A stretch of DNA of 64,000 bases from the human T2T-CHM13v2.0 reference genome, Homo sapiens, in assembly GCF_009914755.1 (NCBI RefSeq), contig NC_060939.1. One strand, written 5' to 3'. Position 1 is the first letter of the stretch. Each line of letters opens with the position of its first letter. The notes below the pieces were generated by a model, which saw only the letters and a list, made by a program, of their open reading frames with translations, was not told the DNA's origin and searched no databases. Both the position numbers and the translations under genes were made by a program. This document shows positions 48,501 to 64,000 of this stretch, piece by piece.

Positions 48501-50563
48501 TGGGGGCCCAGGCACCGCTTCTCCACGGCGCATATTTTTTTTCTTTCGGCTGCCCCAGGTACCTCACCTTCCCCTCATGGGCCATCTGCCTGCTTTGGGG
48601 TACTCCTAGTGGAGTGAGGCGCACCCTGGGCTCGAACCAGAGTCATCAGGTTCCCTGACGCCCAGCGCAAGGGCTGATGGGAAGACACTTTCGTCTGTGG
48701 CGGACCCAGGCCCCGCTTCTCAGCGGCGCGGTTTTTTTTTTTTCTTGCCACAGGTGTCTCACCTCTCCTCCCTCAAACCTCAACCTCCCCTCATGGGCTT
48801 TCTACCTGCCTTGGGGTACCCCTAGCGGCCCAAGGCGCACCCTGGGTTTGAGCCAAGGTCGCCAGGGTCCACGGGGCTCAGCACAGGGCCTGATGGGAAG
48901 GCACTTTCGTCTGTGGGGGACCCATGCCCTGCTTCTCCGTGGCGCGTTTTTTTTTTCCTTCCTGCCACAGGTGCCTCACCTCTCCTCCCTCAAACCTCAC
49001 CTTCCCCTCATGGGCCTTCTGTCTGCATTGGGGTACACCTAGCAGCCCGAGGTGCACTGTGGACTCCAGGGTCCCTGGGGCCCAGCGCAAGGGCTGATGG
49101 GAAGACACTTTCGTCCGTGGGGGGAACCCAGTCCCCGCTTCTCCGCGGCGAGGTTTTTTTTTTTTTCTCTGCCCCAGGTGCCTCACCTTCCCCTCATGTG
49201 CCTTCTGCACGCTTTGGGGTACCCCTAGCGGCCCAAGGCGCACCCTGGGCTCGAACAATGGAAGCCAGGTTCCACGGGGCCAAGCGCAGTGGCTGATGGG
49301 AAGACACGTTCTTCCTCGGGGACCCAGGCTCTGCTTCTCTGCGGCGTTTTTTTTTTTCTTTTCCCCAGTTGCCTCACTTTCCCGTCATGGGTTTTCTGCC
49401 CGCCTTGAGGTACCCCTAGCGGGCCTGAGGCGCACCCTGGTTTCGAGCCAGAGACGCTAGGGTCTCCGGGGCCCAGTGCAGGGCTGATGGGTAGGGACAT
49501 TCGTCCGTGGGGGACCCAGGCCCCACTTCTGGGCGGCGCAGTTTTTAATTTTTTTCTCTGCCCCAGGTGTCTCACCTTTCCCTCATGTGCCTTCTGTCTT
49601 GGGGTACCCCTAGCAGGCCGAGGTGCACGCTGGGCTCCAGCCAGGGATACCAGGGTCCCCAGGGCGCAGTGCAAGCGCTGATGGGAAGACAGCTTCTTCT
49701 GTGGGGGACCCAGGCCCCGCTTATCCGCGGCGCGGTTGTTTTTTTTTTTCTCTGCCCCACGTGCATCACCTTCCCCTCATGGGCCTTCTGCCCGCTTTTG
49801 GGTACACCTAGCGGCCTGAAGCACACCCTGGTCTCGAACCAGGTACGCCAGGGTCCCCTGGGCCCAGCGCAAGGGCTGATGGGAAGACACTTTCGTCCGT
49901 TGGGGACCCAGGCTCCCCTTCTCCGTGGTGCAGTTTTTTTTTTTTTTCCTGCCACAGGTGCCTCACCTCTCCTTCCTCAAACCTCAACTGCCCCTCAGGG
50001 ATTTCTGCCCACCTTGGGGTACCCCTAGCAGGCCCGAGGCGCACCCGGGGCTCGAACAGGGTCTCCAGCGTCCACAGGGCCCAGCGCAGGGACTGATGGG
50101 AAGGCATTTTCATCCGTGGGGGACCCAGGCCCAGCTTCTCCTAGGCGCGGCTTGTTTTTTTTTGTTTTTTTTTTCTGCCACAGGTTCCTCACCTCTCCTC
50201 CCTCAAACGTCAACTTCCCATCATGGGCTTTCTGCCCGACTTGGGGTACCCCTAGCAGCCCAACGTGCTCCCTGGACTCGAACCATGGATGCCAGGGTTG
50301 CCGGGGCCCAGCACAGGGGCTGATGGGAAGGTACCTTCATCCGTGGGTACCCAGGCCCTGCTTCTCAAAGCTGCGGTTTTTTTTCTCCACCCCAGGTGCC
50401 TCACCTTCCCCTCATTGGCCTTCTGCCTGCTTTGGGGTAACACGAGCGGGCCCAAGGCGCTCCCGGGTCTCGAACCAGGGTCGCCAGGTTCTCGAGGCTA
50501 GCGCAGGAGCTGATGGGAAGGCACTTTCATCAGTGGGGACCCAGGCCCGGCTTCTCCGAGGCG

Positions 50564-50621
<58 letters not shown>

Positions 50622-52140
50622 TTCTGCCACAGGTGACTCACCTCTCCTCCCTCAAATCTCACCTTCCCCTCATGGGCTTTCTGGCTTCCTTAGGGTACCC
50701 TAGCGTGCCGGAGTCTCTTCTGGTCCTTGAACTAGGGTCGCCAGGGTCCAGGAGGCCCAGCGCAGGGGCTGATGAGAAGGCACTTTCGTCTGTGGGAGAC
50801 CCAGGCCCCGCTTCTCCTCGGCACGTTTTTATTTTTCTGCCACAGGTGCGTCACCTCTCCTCCCTCAAACCTCACCTTCCCCTCATGGGCCTTCTGCCTG
50901 TTTTGGGGTACACCTAGCGGGTCCGAGGTGCACCCAGGCCTAGAACCAGGGTCGCCTGGGTCCACGGGGCCCAGCGCAGGGACTGATGGGAAGACACTTT
51001 TTTCCATGGGAGACCCAGGCCCCGCTTCTCTGTGGCTTGGTTTCTTTTTCTTTTCTGCCACTAGTGCCTCACCTCTCCTCCCTCACAGCTCACGTTCCTC
51101 TCATGGGCTTTCCACCGCGTTGGGGTACCCCTAGTGGCCCAAGGCTCTCCCTGAGCTCAAACCAGGGACCCCAGGTTCCCTGGTGCCCAGCACAGGGGCT
51201 GATGGGAAGGCACTTTCATCCGTGGGGGACCCAGGCCCCACCTCTCCACGGCGCGGATTTTTTCTTTCTTTTTCTGTGACAGGTGCCTCACCTCTCCTCC
51301 CTCAAAACTCACCTTCCCCTCATGGGCTTTGTGCGCCCAAAGCCCCCCTTGGGGTGCACTTAGCGGCTGAGGCACACCCTGAGCTCGAACCAGGGACACC
51401 AGGGTCCCCGGTCCTAGTGCAGGGACTGATGGGAAGACACTTTTGTTCGTGGGGCACCCAGGCCGTGCTTCTCCGTGGCGAAGTTTTTTTTTTTTCTCTG
51501 CCCCAGGTGCCTCACCATCCCCTTAGGGGCTTTCTGCCCACCTTGCGGTACCCCTACTGGCCCGAGGTGTACCCTGGGGTCAAACCAGGGATGCCAGGGT
51601 CCCCAGGGCCCAGCGAAGGGGCTGATGGGATGGCACTTTCATCCGTGGGGGACCCAGGCACTGCTTCTTGGTGGCGCTTTTTGTTTCTCTGCCTCAGGTG
51701 CCTCACCTTCCCCTCATGGACCTTTTGTTCGCTTTGTGGTACCCCAAGCGGTCCCGAGGCGCACCCTGGGCTCGAACCAGGGTCGCCAGGGTCCACCAGG
51801 CCCAGCATAGGGCCTGATGGGAAGGCATTTTCATCCGTGGTGGACCCAGGCCCCACTTCTCTGAGGCGCGGTCCTCTTTTTTTTTTTTTTCTGCCCCTGG
51901 TGCCTCACCTCTTCTCCCACAAACTTCAACTTCCACTCATAAGGCTTCTGTCCGAGTTGGGGTACCCCTAGTCGCCCGAGGCGCACCCTGGGCGTGAACC
52001 AGGGATGCCAGGGTCCCTGGGGCCCAGCGCAAGGGCTGATGGGAAAAAACTTTCGTCTGTGGATGACCCAGACACCGCTTCGCGGCGCATTTTTTTTTTT
52101 CTTTGCCCCAGGTGTCTCACCTTCCCCTCACGGACCTTCT
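45521..52140. repeat. GC-rich gamma-type satellite (GSATII-like), ~33 units of ~190-240 bp
   Basis: The anchor caggtgcctcacc or a close variant recurs 33 times from 45526 to 52108. Units contain ggggtacccc, ccctgggctcgaaccaggg, ctgatgggaagacactttcgtcc and a T-run. GSATII assignment from memory. Confidence 0.88.
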
Positions 52141-52891
52141 GACTTTCTGCACCTGCTCCGGCGCTGTGGGCCTCCCTGCGCCTGCGCCGGCGCTGTGGCC
52201 CTCCCCCCCCCCCCCGCGCCTGCGCCGGCGCTGTGCACCTTTGCGAGGGCGGAGCTGCGTTCTTCCCAGCACCGACACGGAGAGCATCGCCAGGGCGGAG
52301 CTGAGTTCTCCTCTGCACACACTTCGGAGATACAGCAAAGGCGGAGCAGTGTTCTCCTCAACACAGACCTGGGCAGGCCGGGGTCTCCGTGAGGGCGGAG
52401 CTGCGTTCTGCTCAGCACAGACCCGGGGGACACCGCGAAGGCAGAGTAGCGTTCTCCTCAGCACAGACCTTGGGGGCACTGCCTCGCTTTGGGACAACTC
52501 GGGGCCGCATAGACGGTGAATAAAATCCTTCCTGTTTGCAGCCCTGAGTAATCAGGGTCAGCGACCAGTAAGAAGGGTTCAGTGTGGAAAACGGGAAACC
52601 AAAAGCCCCTCTGAATCCTGCCCACCGAGGTTCTCCCCAGCCAAGGCGAGGCGCCGCAGTGCGAGATCCACACCGCAGCCTCAGAAGACAAATGCAGCAT
52701 TCCTAATGCACACATGACACCCAAAATATGACACCCCCATTGCTCATGTAACAAGCACCTGTAATGCTAATGCACTGCCTCAATACAAAAATATTAATAT
52801 AAGATCCGCAATCCCCTTGCTGCCATGCAGTCCTAAGACAGAGATCATAATAATCAACATTGACATAGTCAATACAAACGTAGTAACGAAC
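52141..52891 (+). repeat. TAR1 telomere-associated repeat
   Basis: About 3 copies of ctgcgcctgcgccggcgctgtg (29-bp type), five gcgagggcggagctgcgttctcctcagcacagacc-type units, then typical TAR1 body (gaataaaatccttcctgtttgcagccctg...gcacacatgacacccaaaat). Confidence 0.93.
52147..52490 (+). promoter_or_regulatory. CpG-rich repeats homologous to the subtelomeric TERRA promoter repeats (putative promoter)
   Basis: Same repeat types and same orientation relative to the TTAGGG tract as at human chromosome ends; activity here is unknown. Confidence 0.5.
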
Positions 52892-53200
52892 CTAGGGTTA
52901 AGGTTGGTGTTAGGGTTAGGGGTTAGGGGTTAAGTTTAGGGTTAGGGGTTGGAGATAGGTGTTGGGGTCAGAGTTAGGAGTTAAGAGTCAACGTTTAGAG
53001 TTAGGGGTTAAGAGAGGTTAGGGGTTAGGGATAAGGGGTTAGGGTTGGATTAGTGTGAGGGTGAGGTTTGTGGTTAAGGGTTAGGCTTAGGGGTTACACT
53101 TAAGGGTTAAGGGTTAGGGATAGGGGTTAGGGTTAGGGTCAGGGATTAGGGGTCAGGGGTTAGGGGTCAGGGTCAGAGGTCAGGGTCAGGTTCAGGGGTC
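52892..53200 (+). repeat. Degenerate interstitial telomeric repeat (TTAGGG/TTAGGGG/TCAGGG variants)
   Basis: Directly visible ~310-bp array following TAR1. Confidence 0.95.
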
Positions 53201-55738
<2,538 letters not shown>

Positions 55739-55989
55739 TGTGAGGAACAACCAAACTGTTTTCTGCAGCAAGGGCATCATTTTCTATTCCTAGCAGCCAG
55801 TTCATGAGGGCTCCAACTTCTCCACCTCCTTAGCAACATTTATTTTCTGTGTCATTGTTATGAAAGCCTTACTTGTGGGTGCAGAGTGGCATGAATGAAG
55901 TCAATTAACATGTTTATTACCTCACAGAATAGTTACCTTTTTGTGTGCATGTGTGGGATAAGAAAACTTAACTCTATCCCCTGTGACTG

Positions 55990-57080
55990 AATAGTGGCCA
56001 TTCCAGCTGCTCCAGGCTCCAGCAGAGGAAGACCGGGGTAGGTGGCTCCACCAGGGTGACCCTCAGGTCTGGCGCTCACGCATTCCAGAGGCCAACCAGA
56101 CCATGCTCCGCCACCTGGGCGCCCAAGCTGCAGTCGCCCTCTGTGTGCAGGCAGCAGCTGCCTGGCAACCCCCGAGCCCGCTCGCGCTCCCACCATCGCA
56201 GAACCAGGGCCAGGTGTCCCAGTGGCTGCGGCCAAGCCAGGCATTCTGCCGTGCGGCAGCAGCTGCACAGGAGCGAGAACTGAGAACCACCGCTCAACCC
56301 CACATGGGGTGACTGCCGAGTGCCCATACAAACGGCTCTGATCTCCCTCAGGTGGAGGAGTGGGCGGGAGGCACGGCCTGGGGGGCCCTCAGCCTGGGCG
56401 CGCTGGTGATCCCAAGGCCAACCAGGCCACACACCTCCAGCTCGCCTGGGCACCCGAGCTGCAGCCGCCTTCTGCGTGCAGGCAGCAGCCTCCAGGCAAC
56501 TCCCGAGCCCGCCCGCACTCCCCACATCTCGGAAGCAGGGCCAAATGTCCCTGTGGCTGTGGCCAAGCCAGGCGGTCTGTCCTGCAGCAGCTGCACAGGG
56601 GCGGGAACCGGCCCTCAGCCCCATCCCCGGTGGCTGCAGAGGGTCCCTGGATAGAGATCTGGAGCTATGGCAGAGGAGGAGACGGGTGGGGGCAGGGTCT
56701 GGCGGGCTCTTAGGCCAGGGGTACCCGCGATCCAGAGGCTGCCCAGGGCATGCTCCACCAACTGGGTGCCCAGCTACATGCGCCGGGCAACTCCCAAGCT
56801 GGCTGGCGCACCCAGCCTCGCAGAACCGGGGCTAGATGTCGCCGTGGCTGTGACCAAGCCAGGCGGTCTGCCCGGGGGCGGCTGCACCGGGGCAGGAACC
56901 GACCCTCAGCTCCATCCCCGGTGGCTGCAGACGGCCCCTGGGGCGGCCCCGATCTCTCTTCGGAGGAGAAGAGGGGCGGGAGTCACGGCCAGGCGGGCCC
57001 TCAGGCGGGAAGGGATGTGCGCCTGCGATTCCGGGATGTTCCGCGCCAGCCCAGGAGAACCCGCAAGCCAGCGGGGCCTG
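55990..57080. repeat. CpG-rich block of three diverged ~290-330-bp units
   Basis: The anchor ccaagccaggc...gctgcac recurs at ~56232, ~56563 and ~56854. Confidence 0.8.
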
Positions 57081-57094
57081 TTTCTCTGTGTGAT

Positions 57095-59495
57095 TCTTTC
57101 AGGAACCACTAAACTGTTTTCCACAGCAAGTGCATCATTTTCTATTCCTAGCAGCCAGTTCATGAGGGCTCCAGTTTCTCCACCTCCTTAGCAACATTGA
57201 TTTTCTGTGTCATTGTTATGAAGGCCTTACTAGTGGATGCAACGTGGCATCTCATTTGGGTTTTGTCTTGCATTTTATTAATGAATAACGGTGTTTAGCA
57301 TCTTTTCTTTTCCTTCTTAGACATTTGTGTATCTTCTTTGGAGAAATGTCTATTCAAGTCCTTTGCCTATTTTTTAATTGGGATCTTAGAAATTCTGTTG
57401 TTGAGTTATGGGATATTAAGCTTTTATCAGATACACACTTTGATTTTATCAGATACATATTTTCTCACATATTATGGGTTGTCTTTTCACTCCCTTGATA
57501 GTATCCTTTGATGCATAAAGGGTTTTTATTTTGATTAAATCTAATTTTCGTGTATTTTTTTGTTATCTGTGCTTTTCTGTCATATTTCAAAATACACTTA
57601 AAACTCAAAGGTCATAAAGGTTTACCGTGTGTTTTCTTCTAAGAGTTACATATTTTTAGTCCTTACATTTAAGTCTTTTATTAATTTAGAATTAATTTTT
57701 GTATATACTGCAAGGTAGGGGTCTAACTTCTCTCTTGTGCACTGACATCCAGCTGTTGAAGAGACTGTTCTTTCCTCCCTTGACTAGACTTGGCCACCTT
57801 GTTGAACAGTCATTGACCATATATGTGAGGACTAACTTGTAGGATCTCAAATCTATTCTATTGTATTTGTCTGAAAGTCTATTGGTCTTATTCCAGTACC
57901 ATACTCTCTTGATTACTGTAGATTTGTAGTAGGCTGTGAAACTGAAAAATGTGTTTTCCAATGTTCTTTTTCAAGACTGTTTTGTCTGTCAGATCCTTTG
58001 AATTTTTGTATGATTTTAGAATGAGTTTCTTTGTTTCTGCAAAAATGTCTTTGGGATTTTGATGGTATAGCATTGAATCTGTAGATTACTTTAGATGGTA
58101 TTGTCATCTTAACAATATTGTTTTACAACCCGTGAACACAGAATGTCTTTCCACTTATTTCCACTCTCTTTAGTTTTTTTCAGCAAAGTTTTGTGTATAC
58201 CACCATGGTTAGATTTATGCCTGAATAACGTATTCTTTGATGTCATTATAAATGGAATTTTTAAAATGTTTTCATAGTTCTTTACAACTATATAGAAATA
58301 TAGCTCATTTGTCTATGTTTGTTTGCATCCTGCCTCTTTTATTAGTTATAATCGGTTTTGTGTTTTGTTTGGAGCTTTATACCCATAAGATCATGTGTAG
58401 ATATAATTTTACACCTATTTTTTATTTCTAATTTAGATGCCTTTTATTTCTTTGTCTTGCCTAATTGCTCTGGCTAGAACTGCCAGTGCTACATTGAATA
58501 CAAGTGGCAAACGCACCATCCTTTTCTTCTAGATGTTAGGAAAACAGCTTTCAGTGTTTCATCATTGATCATGATATTAACTGTTGGGTTTTTGTACATC
58601 CCATTGCCATGTTGCAGAAGATCCCTTCTATGCTTAGTTTATTGATTATTTTTATTATAGAAGGGTGTTGTATTTCATCAATGTTTTCTCTGCATCAATT
58701 GAAATCATCACGAGCTTATTCATTTTACTTTTACAGCATATTACACTGATTGATTTTTTATATGTTGAACCACCCTTGCATTTTGGGGATAAATCTCAAA
58801 GGGTGATAGTTTACAATCCTTTGATTATACAGTATTGCTGCTAGTATTTTGCTAGTATTGCTAGTATTTTGCTGAGATTTTTGCTTATATATTCATAAGG
58901 GATATAGTGCTGTATTTCTCTCTTTTGTGCTCTCTTTGTCTTTGGTATGAGGATAATGCTGTTATCAAAAAATGAATTAGCAAGTATTCCTTCTTCATAT
59001 ATTTTGTCAGAAGAGTTTGAGAAGAAATGGTATTAATTCTTCTTTAAATGTTAGGTTGACTCCCCAGTTAATGCAGTTATTTGGTCATAAATGTTTCTTT
59101 GTTAATCGCTTTTGATTACTAATTCAATCTCCTAGGTTATAGGTCTGTTCAGATTTTCTCTTTCTTCTTGAGCCACTTTGGTAGTTTGTGTCTTTCTAGT
59201 GATTCATCCATTTCATCCAGGGCACCTAATTTGTTGCTAGACAGTTGTTCACAGTATACTCCTGTAATCCTTTTGTATTTCTGTAAAGTTGGTAGTAATG
59301 GCTCTGCTTTCATTTATTATTTTAATAATTAGTCTTCCATCTTTTGCTCAGTCAATATAGTGAAAGGCTTGATCTTTCAAAGAATCTACGTTTTTTCATT
59401 CTACTGCTCTCCAACCTTCTATTTTATTGATTTATGCTCTAATTATGCTCTTTATTATTTCTTTCCTTCTGCTAGCTTTGGATTTAGTCTTCCAC
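57095..59495 (-). mobile_element. Old L1M ORF2/3' fragments
   Basis: Minus-strand ORFs 57692..57961 and 57913..58107 ([21 protein letters not shown]) are degenerate ORF2. Confidence 0.85.
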
Positions 59496-59735
59496 CTGAA
59501 TTTATTTTGGGAGTGATATTGATGTAACTTCATGGAAATAATACTAGATAGAAAGTTAGCAGATGGATTCTCTATCTGATGAGAGTTTTGGGCAAATCGA
59601 ATACCAAGTTACCAAGTTTTTTTTTCTCTGATGCAAAAAACAATTTGGCAGCCGGTGAGAAACTCTCACAGCTCTGGATGTGAGTTTAGGACACTGCATT
59701 TCTACCATTCAATTACTTACTACTTTTTTGCACAG

Positions 59736-59872
59736 GGATCATGGCACAAGTTGCAGTTTCCACCCTGCCCATGGAAGATGAGGAGTCCATTGAAGATGAG
59801 GAGTCTGTTGAAGATGATTCCGTGGAAAGCAGGATGGTGGTGACATTGCTCATATCAGCTATCGAGTCCACG
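59736..59872 (+). pseudogene. Orphan copy 1 of the first coding exon of GTF2I/GTF2IRD2
   Basis: Acceptor ttttttgcacag, then GGATC and ATG at 59741 encoding [44 protein letters not shown], then donor gtgaga. Compare the GTF2I N-terminus [33 protein letters not shown]. Confidence 0.9.
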
Positions 59873-60640
59873 GTGAGACCTTCGGTTTTAACATGATATA
59901 ATTGGGTAGAACTGCGTGGTAGATAAGGTTGATTTGTTTTTGTAGAACTTATAATTTTATGATTTGTAGTTCTAATGAGTAGATCTTTTTCTGGAATGGT
60001 AGTTATGGTCAAACACTTCTAAACAAATGTGCCATGTTGTCCAGCCTGGTCTCAAAATATGGGGCTCAAGAGACCTGCTCACCTTGGCCTCCCAAAATAC
60101 TGGTATTACAGGTGTAAGCCCCTGAATCTGGCCAGATATTTTTCTTTTTATGGCTGAATAATACTCTGTGTATGTATATATTACATTTTCTTTATCTATT
60201 CACCTACTGATGGGCATTAGGTTTGGGCGACCTTTTGGCCACTGTGAATAATGCTGCTGTTAATCGGGTGTACAAATACCTGTTTGAGTCCCTGCTCTCC
60301 GTTCCTTTGGGTATATACGCTTAAAGGGTGTTGATGGATCATATAATTCTGTGCTTCATATTTTTAAGGAGCTGCTAAACCATTTTCCACAGTGGGCTGT
60401 ACCATTTTACATTCCAAAAAGCAATGTATACAGCTTCCAATTTCTCTATAGCATTGCTAACAGTTAATATTTTCTGTTTATGTATTGTATTTTTATAGTG
60501 TTTGAAATTAATCTGACGCTTTTTACTGATACCAAAATATTAGGAAAGGTTTTCCAAAAATAATACTGCTTATTATAAAGGATTTTACGTGTTACTTGAT
60601 GCTCTGTGATCTGTTTTCTAAGTAAGAAGAGGAACTTCTT

Positions 60641-60951
60641 GGCTGGGCACAGCGGCTTATGCCTGTAATCCTAGCACTTTGGGAGGCTGAGGAAGGTCAA
60701 TCACAAGGTCAGGAGTTCAAGACCAGCCTGGCCAACATAGTGAAACCCAGTCTCCACTCAAAAAAAAAAAAAATTAGCTGGGTGTGGTGGGGGGGGGTGC
60801 CTCTAATCCCAGGTATTCAGAAGGCTGAGGCAGAGAATTGATTAAACCTGTAAGGTAGAGGTTACAGTGACCGAGATTGCACCACTGCACCCCAGACTGT
60901 GTGACAGAGCGAGAGTCCATCTCAAAAAAAAAAAAAAAAAAAAAGGAAAGA
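60641..60951 (+). mobile_element. AluS
   Basis: 16-bp TSD aagaagaggaacttct at 60624-60639 and 60952-60967. Confidence 0.92.
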
Positions 60952-61117
60952 AAGAAGAGGAACTTCTCTCCATCCAGCCTCATTCCACTGCACCAACTCT
61001 TCTGTGTCGGGTTGTGCAGGGGAGAAAGGGAGCTTGGCACCTCTTTGCTGTGTTGAATTGTGGTAGCCCATCACTGGGTTGTAAAGTTCCTTGCCTCCTT
61101 TCCTCCCCCCCCCCCCT

Positions 61118-61413
<296 letters not shown>

Positions 61414-61633
61414 TGATCTAACTTATGGAAATAATACTAGATAGTTAGCGGATGGATTCTGTATCTGATGAGAGTTTTGGGCAAAATGAATTCCTATTTT
61501 CTGAGTCTTATTTTTCCCCTGATTCAAGAAAACTGTGAATTATCCAGCTGGTAAAAAACTCTCACAGCTCTGGATGTGAGTTTAGGACACTGGATTTCTA
61601 CCACTCATTTTCTTACTACTTTTCTTGTGCAAG

Positions 61634-61751
61634 GACCATGGCAGAAGTTGCGGTTTCCACCCTGCCCATTGAAGATGAGGAGTCTGTTGAAGATGAGGAG
61701 TCCTTGGAGAGCAGGATGGTGGTGACATTCCTGTCAGCTCTCGACTCCATG
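61634..61751 (+). pseudogene. Orphan copy 2 of the first coding exon of GTF2I/GTF2IRD2
   Basis: ATG at 61638 encodes [38 protein letters not shown], then gtcaga. The flanks (~61395-61870) align with 59503-59990. Confidence 0.9.
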
Positions 61752-61871
61752 GTCAGACCTTCTGTTCTAACATTCTGTAGTTCGGTAGGACTGGGTGGTA
61801 GATAAGGTTGATTTGTTTTTGTAGAACTTACAATTTTGTGATTTTTAGTTCTAAAGAATAGACCTTTTTCA

Positions 61872-63836
<1,965 letters not shown>

Positions 63837-64000
63837 CAGCAATCACAAGAGGTCTTTATAAGTGAAAGAGGGAGATAAGACAGTCAGAATTGAAGGAGAT
63901 TTGATGATGGAAGCACAGGTCACAGAGGGAGATTCGAATATGCTTTGCTTCTGGCTTTGAAGATGCAGTTAGGGGCCATGAGCCAAAGAATAGGAGTGGC
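63837..64000 (+). mobile_element. MLT1-type LTR fragment running off the window
   Basis: aatcacaagaggtctttataagtgaaagagggag...ctggctttgaagatgcag...ccatgagccaaagaa. Confidence 0.7.

Noticed and set aside
45640-52080. Hammerhead-ribozyme-like words in the gamma satellite (CTGATG on +; GTCC-loop-GGAC-GAAA on -)
   Set aside because: The two halves of the core are on opposite strands; on the minus strand the bases preceding the stem are GGCCTGG rather than CUGANGA.
36426-52140. CRISPR-like repeat-spacer appearance
   Set aside because: The sequence between conserved cores is homologous from unit to unit, there are no cas genes, and the DNA is primate.
45475-52519. Many overlapping 60-367-aa ORFs (e.g. 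46816..47919, 51183..51971)
   Set aside because: Translations of a GC-rich, stop-poor satellite; frames shift at the variable T-runs.

Overview
This is primate (human-like) DNA, not prokaryotic. It reads as a pericentromeric-type segmental-duplication mosaic, and I can support no intact protein-coding gene. In order: (1) a frameshifted Ser/Pro-rich gene remnant built from 147-bp (49-aa) PSYSPT-containing units (1-~2.5 kb); (2) AT-rich, repeat-dense DNA with a 5'-truncated L1PA, a complete MST-type MaLR provirus carrying nested insertions, other LTRs and Alus; (3) minus-strand unprocessed pseudogene fragments of the TBC1D3/TBC1D26/USP6 family (~25.2-26.5 kb) and the CDRT15/C2orf27 family (~34.4-35.5 kb); (4) a ~9-kb degenerate 18-bp satellite that switches orientation three times, begins at a strong splice donor, and whose unit also occurs in frame in the CDRT15-like exon; (5) ~33 copies of a 190-240-bp GC-rich gamma-type satellite in which many units carry a tRNA T-arm/B-box-like hairpin; (6) TAR1 plus degenerate (TTAGGG)n, a relic chromosome end fused to an L1 fragment; (7) a CpG-rich trimer between direct repeats, followed by two orphan copies of the first coding exon of GTF2I with an expanding EDEES motif. 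Family and subfamily names come from my recall of consensus or protein sequences, not from database searches, and repeat boundaries are approximate unless a TSD or splice site is cited.
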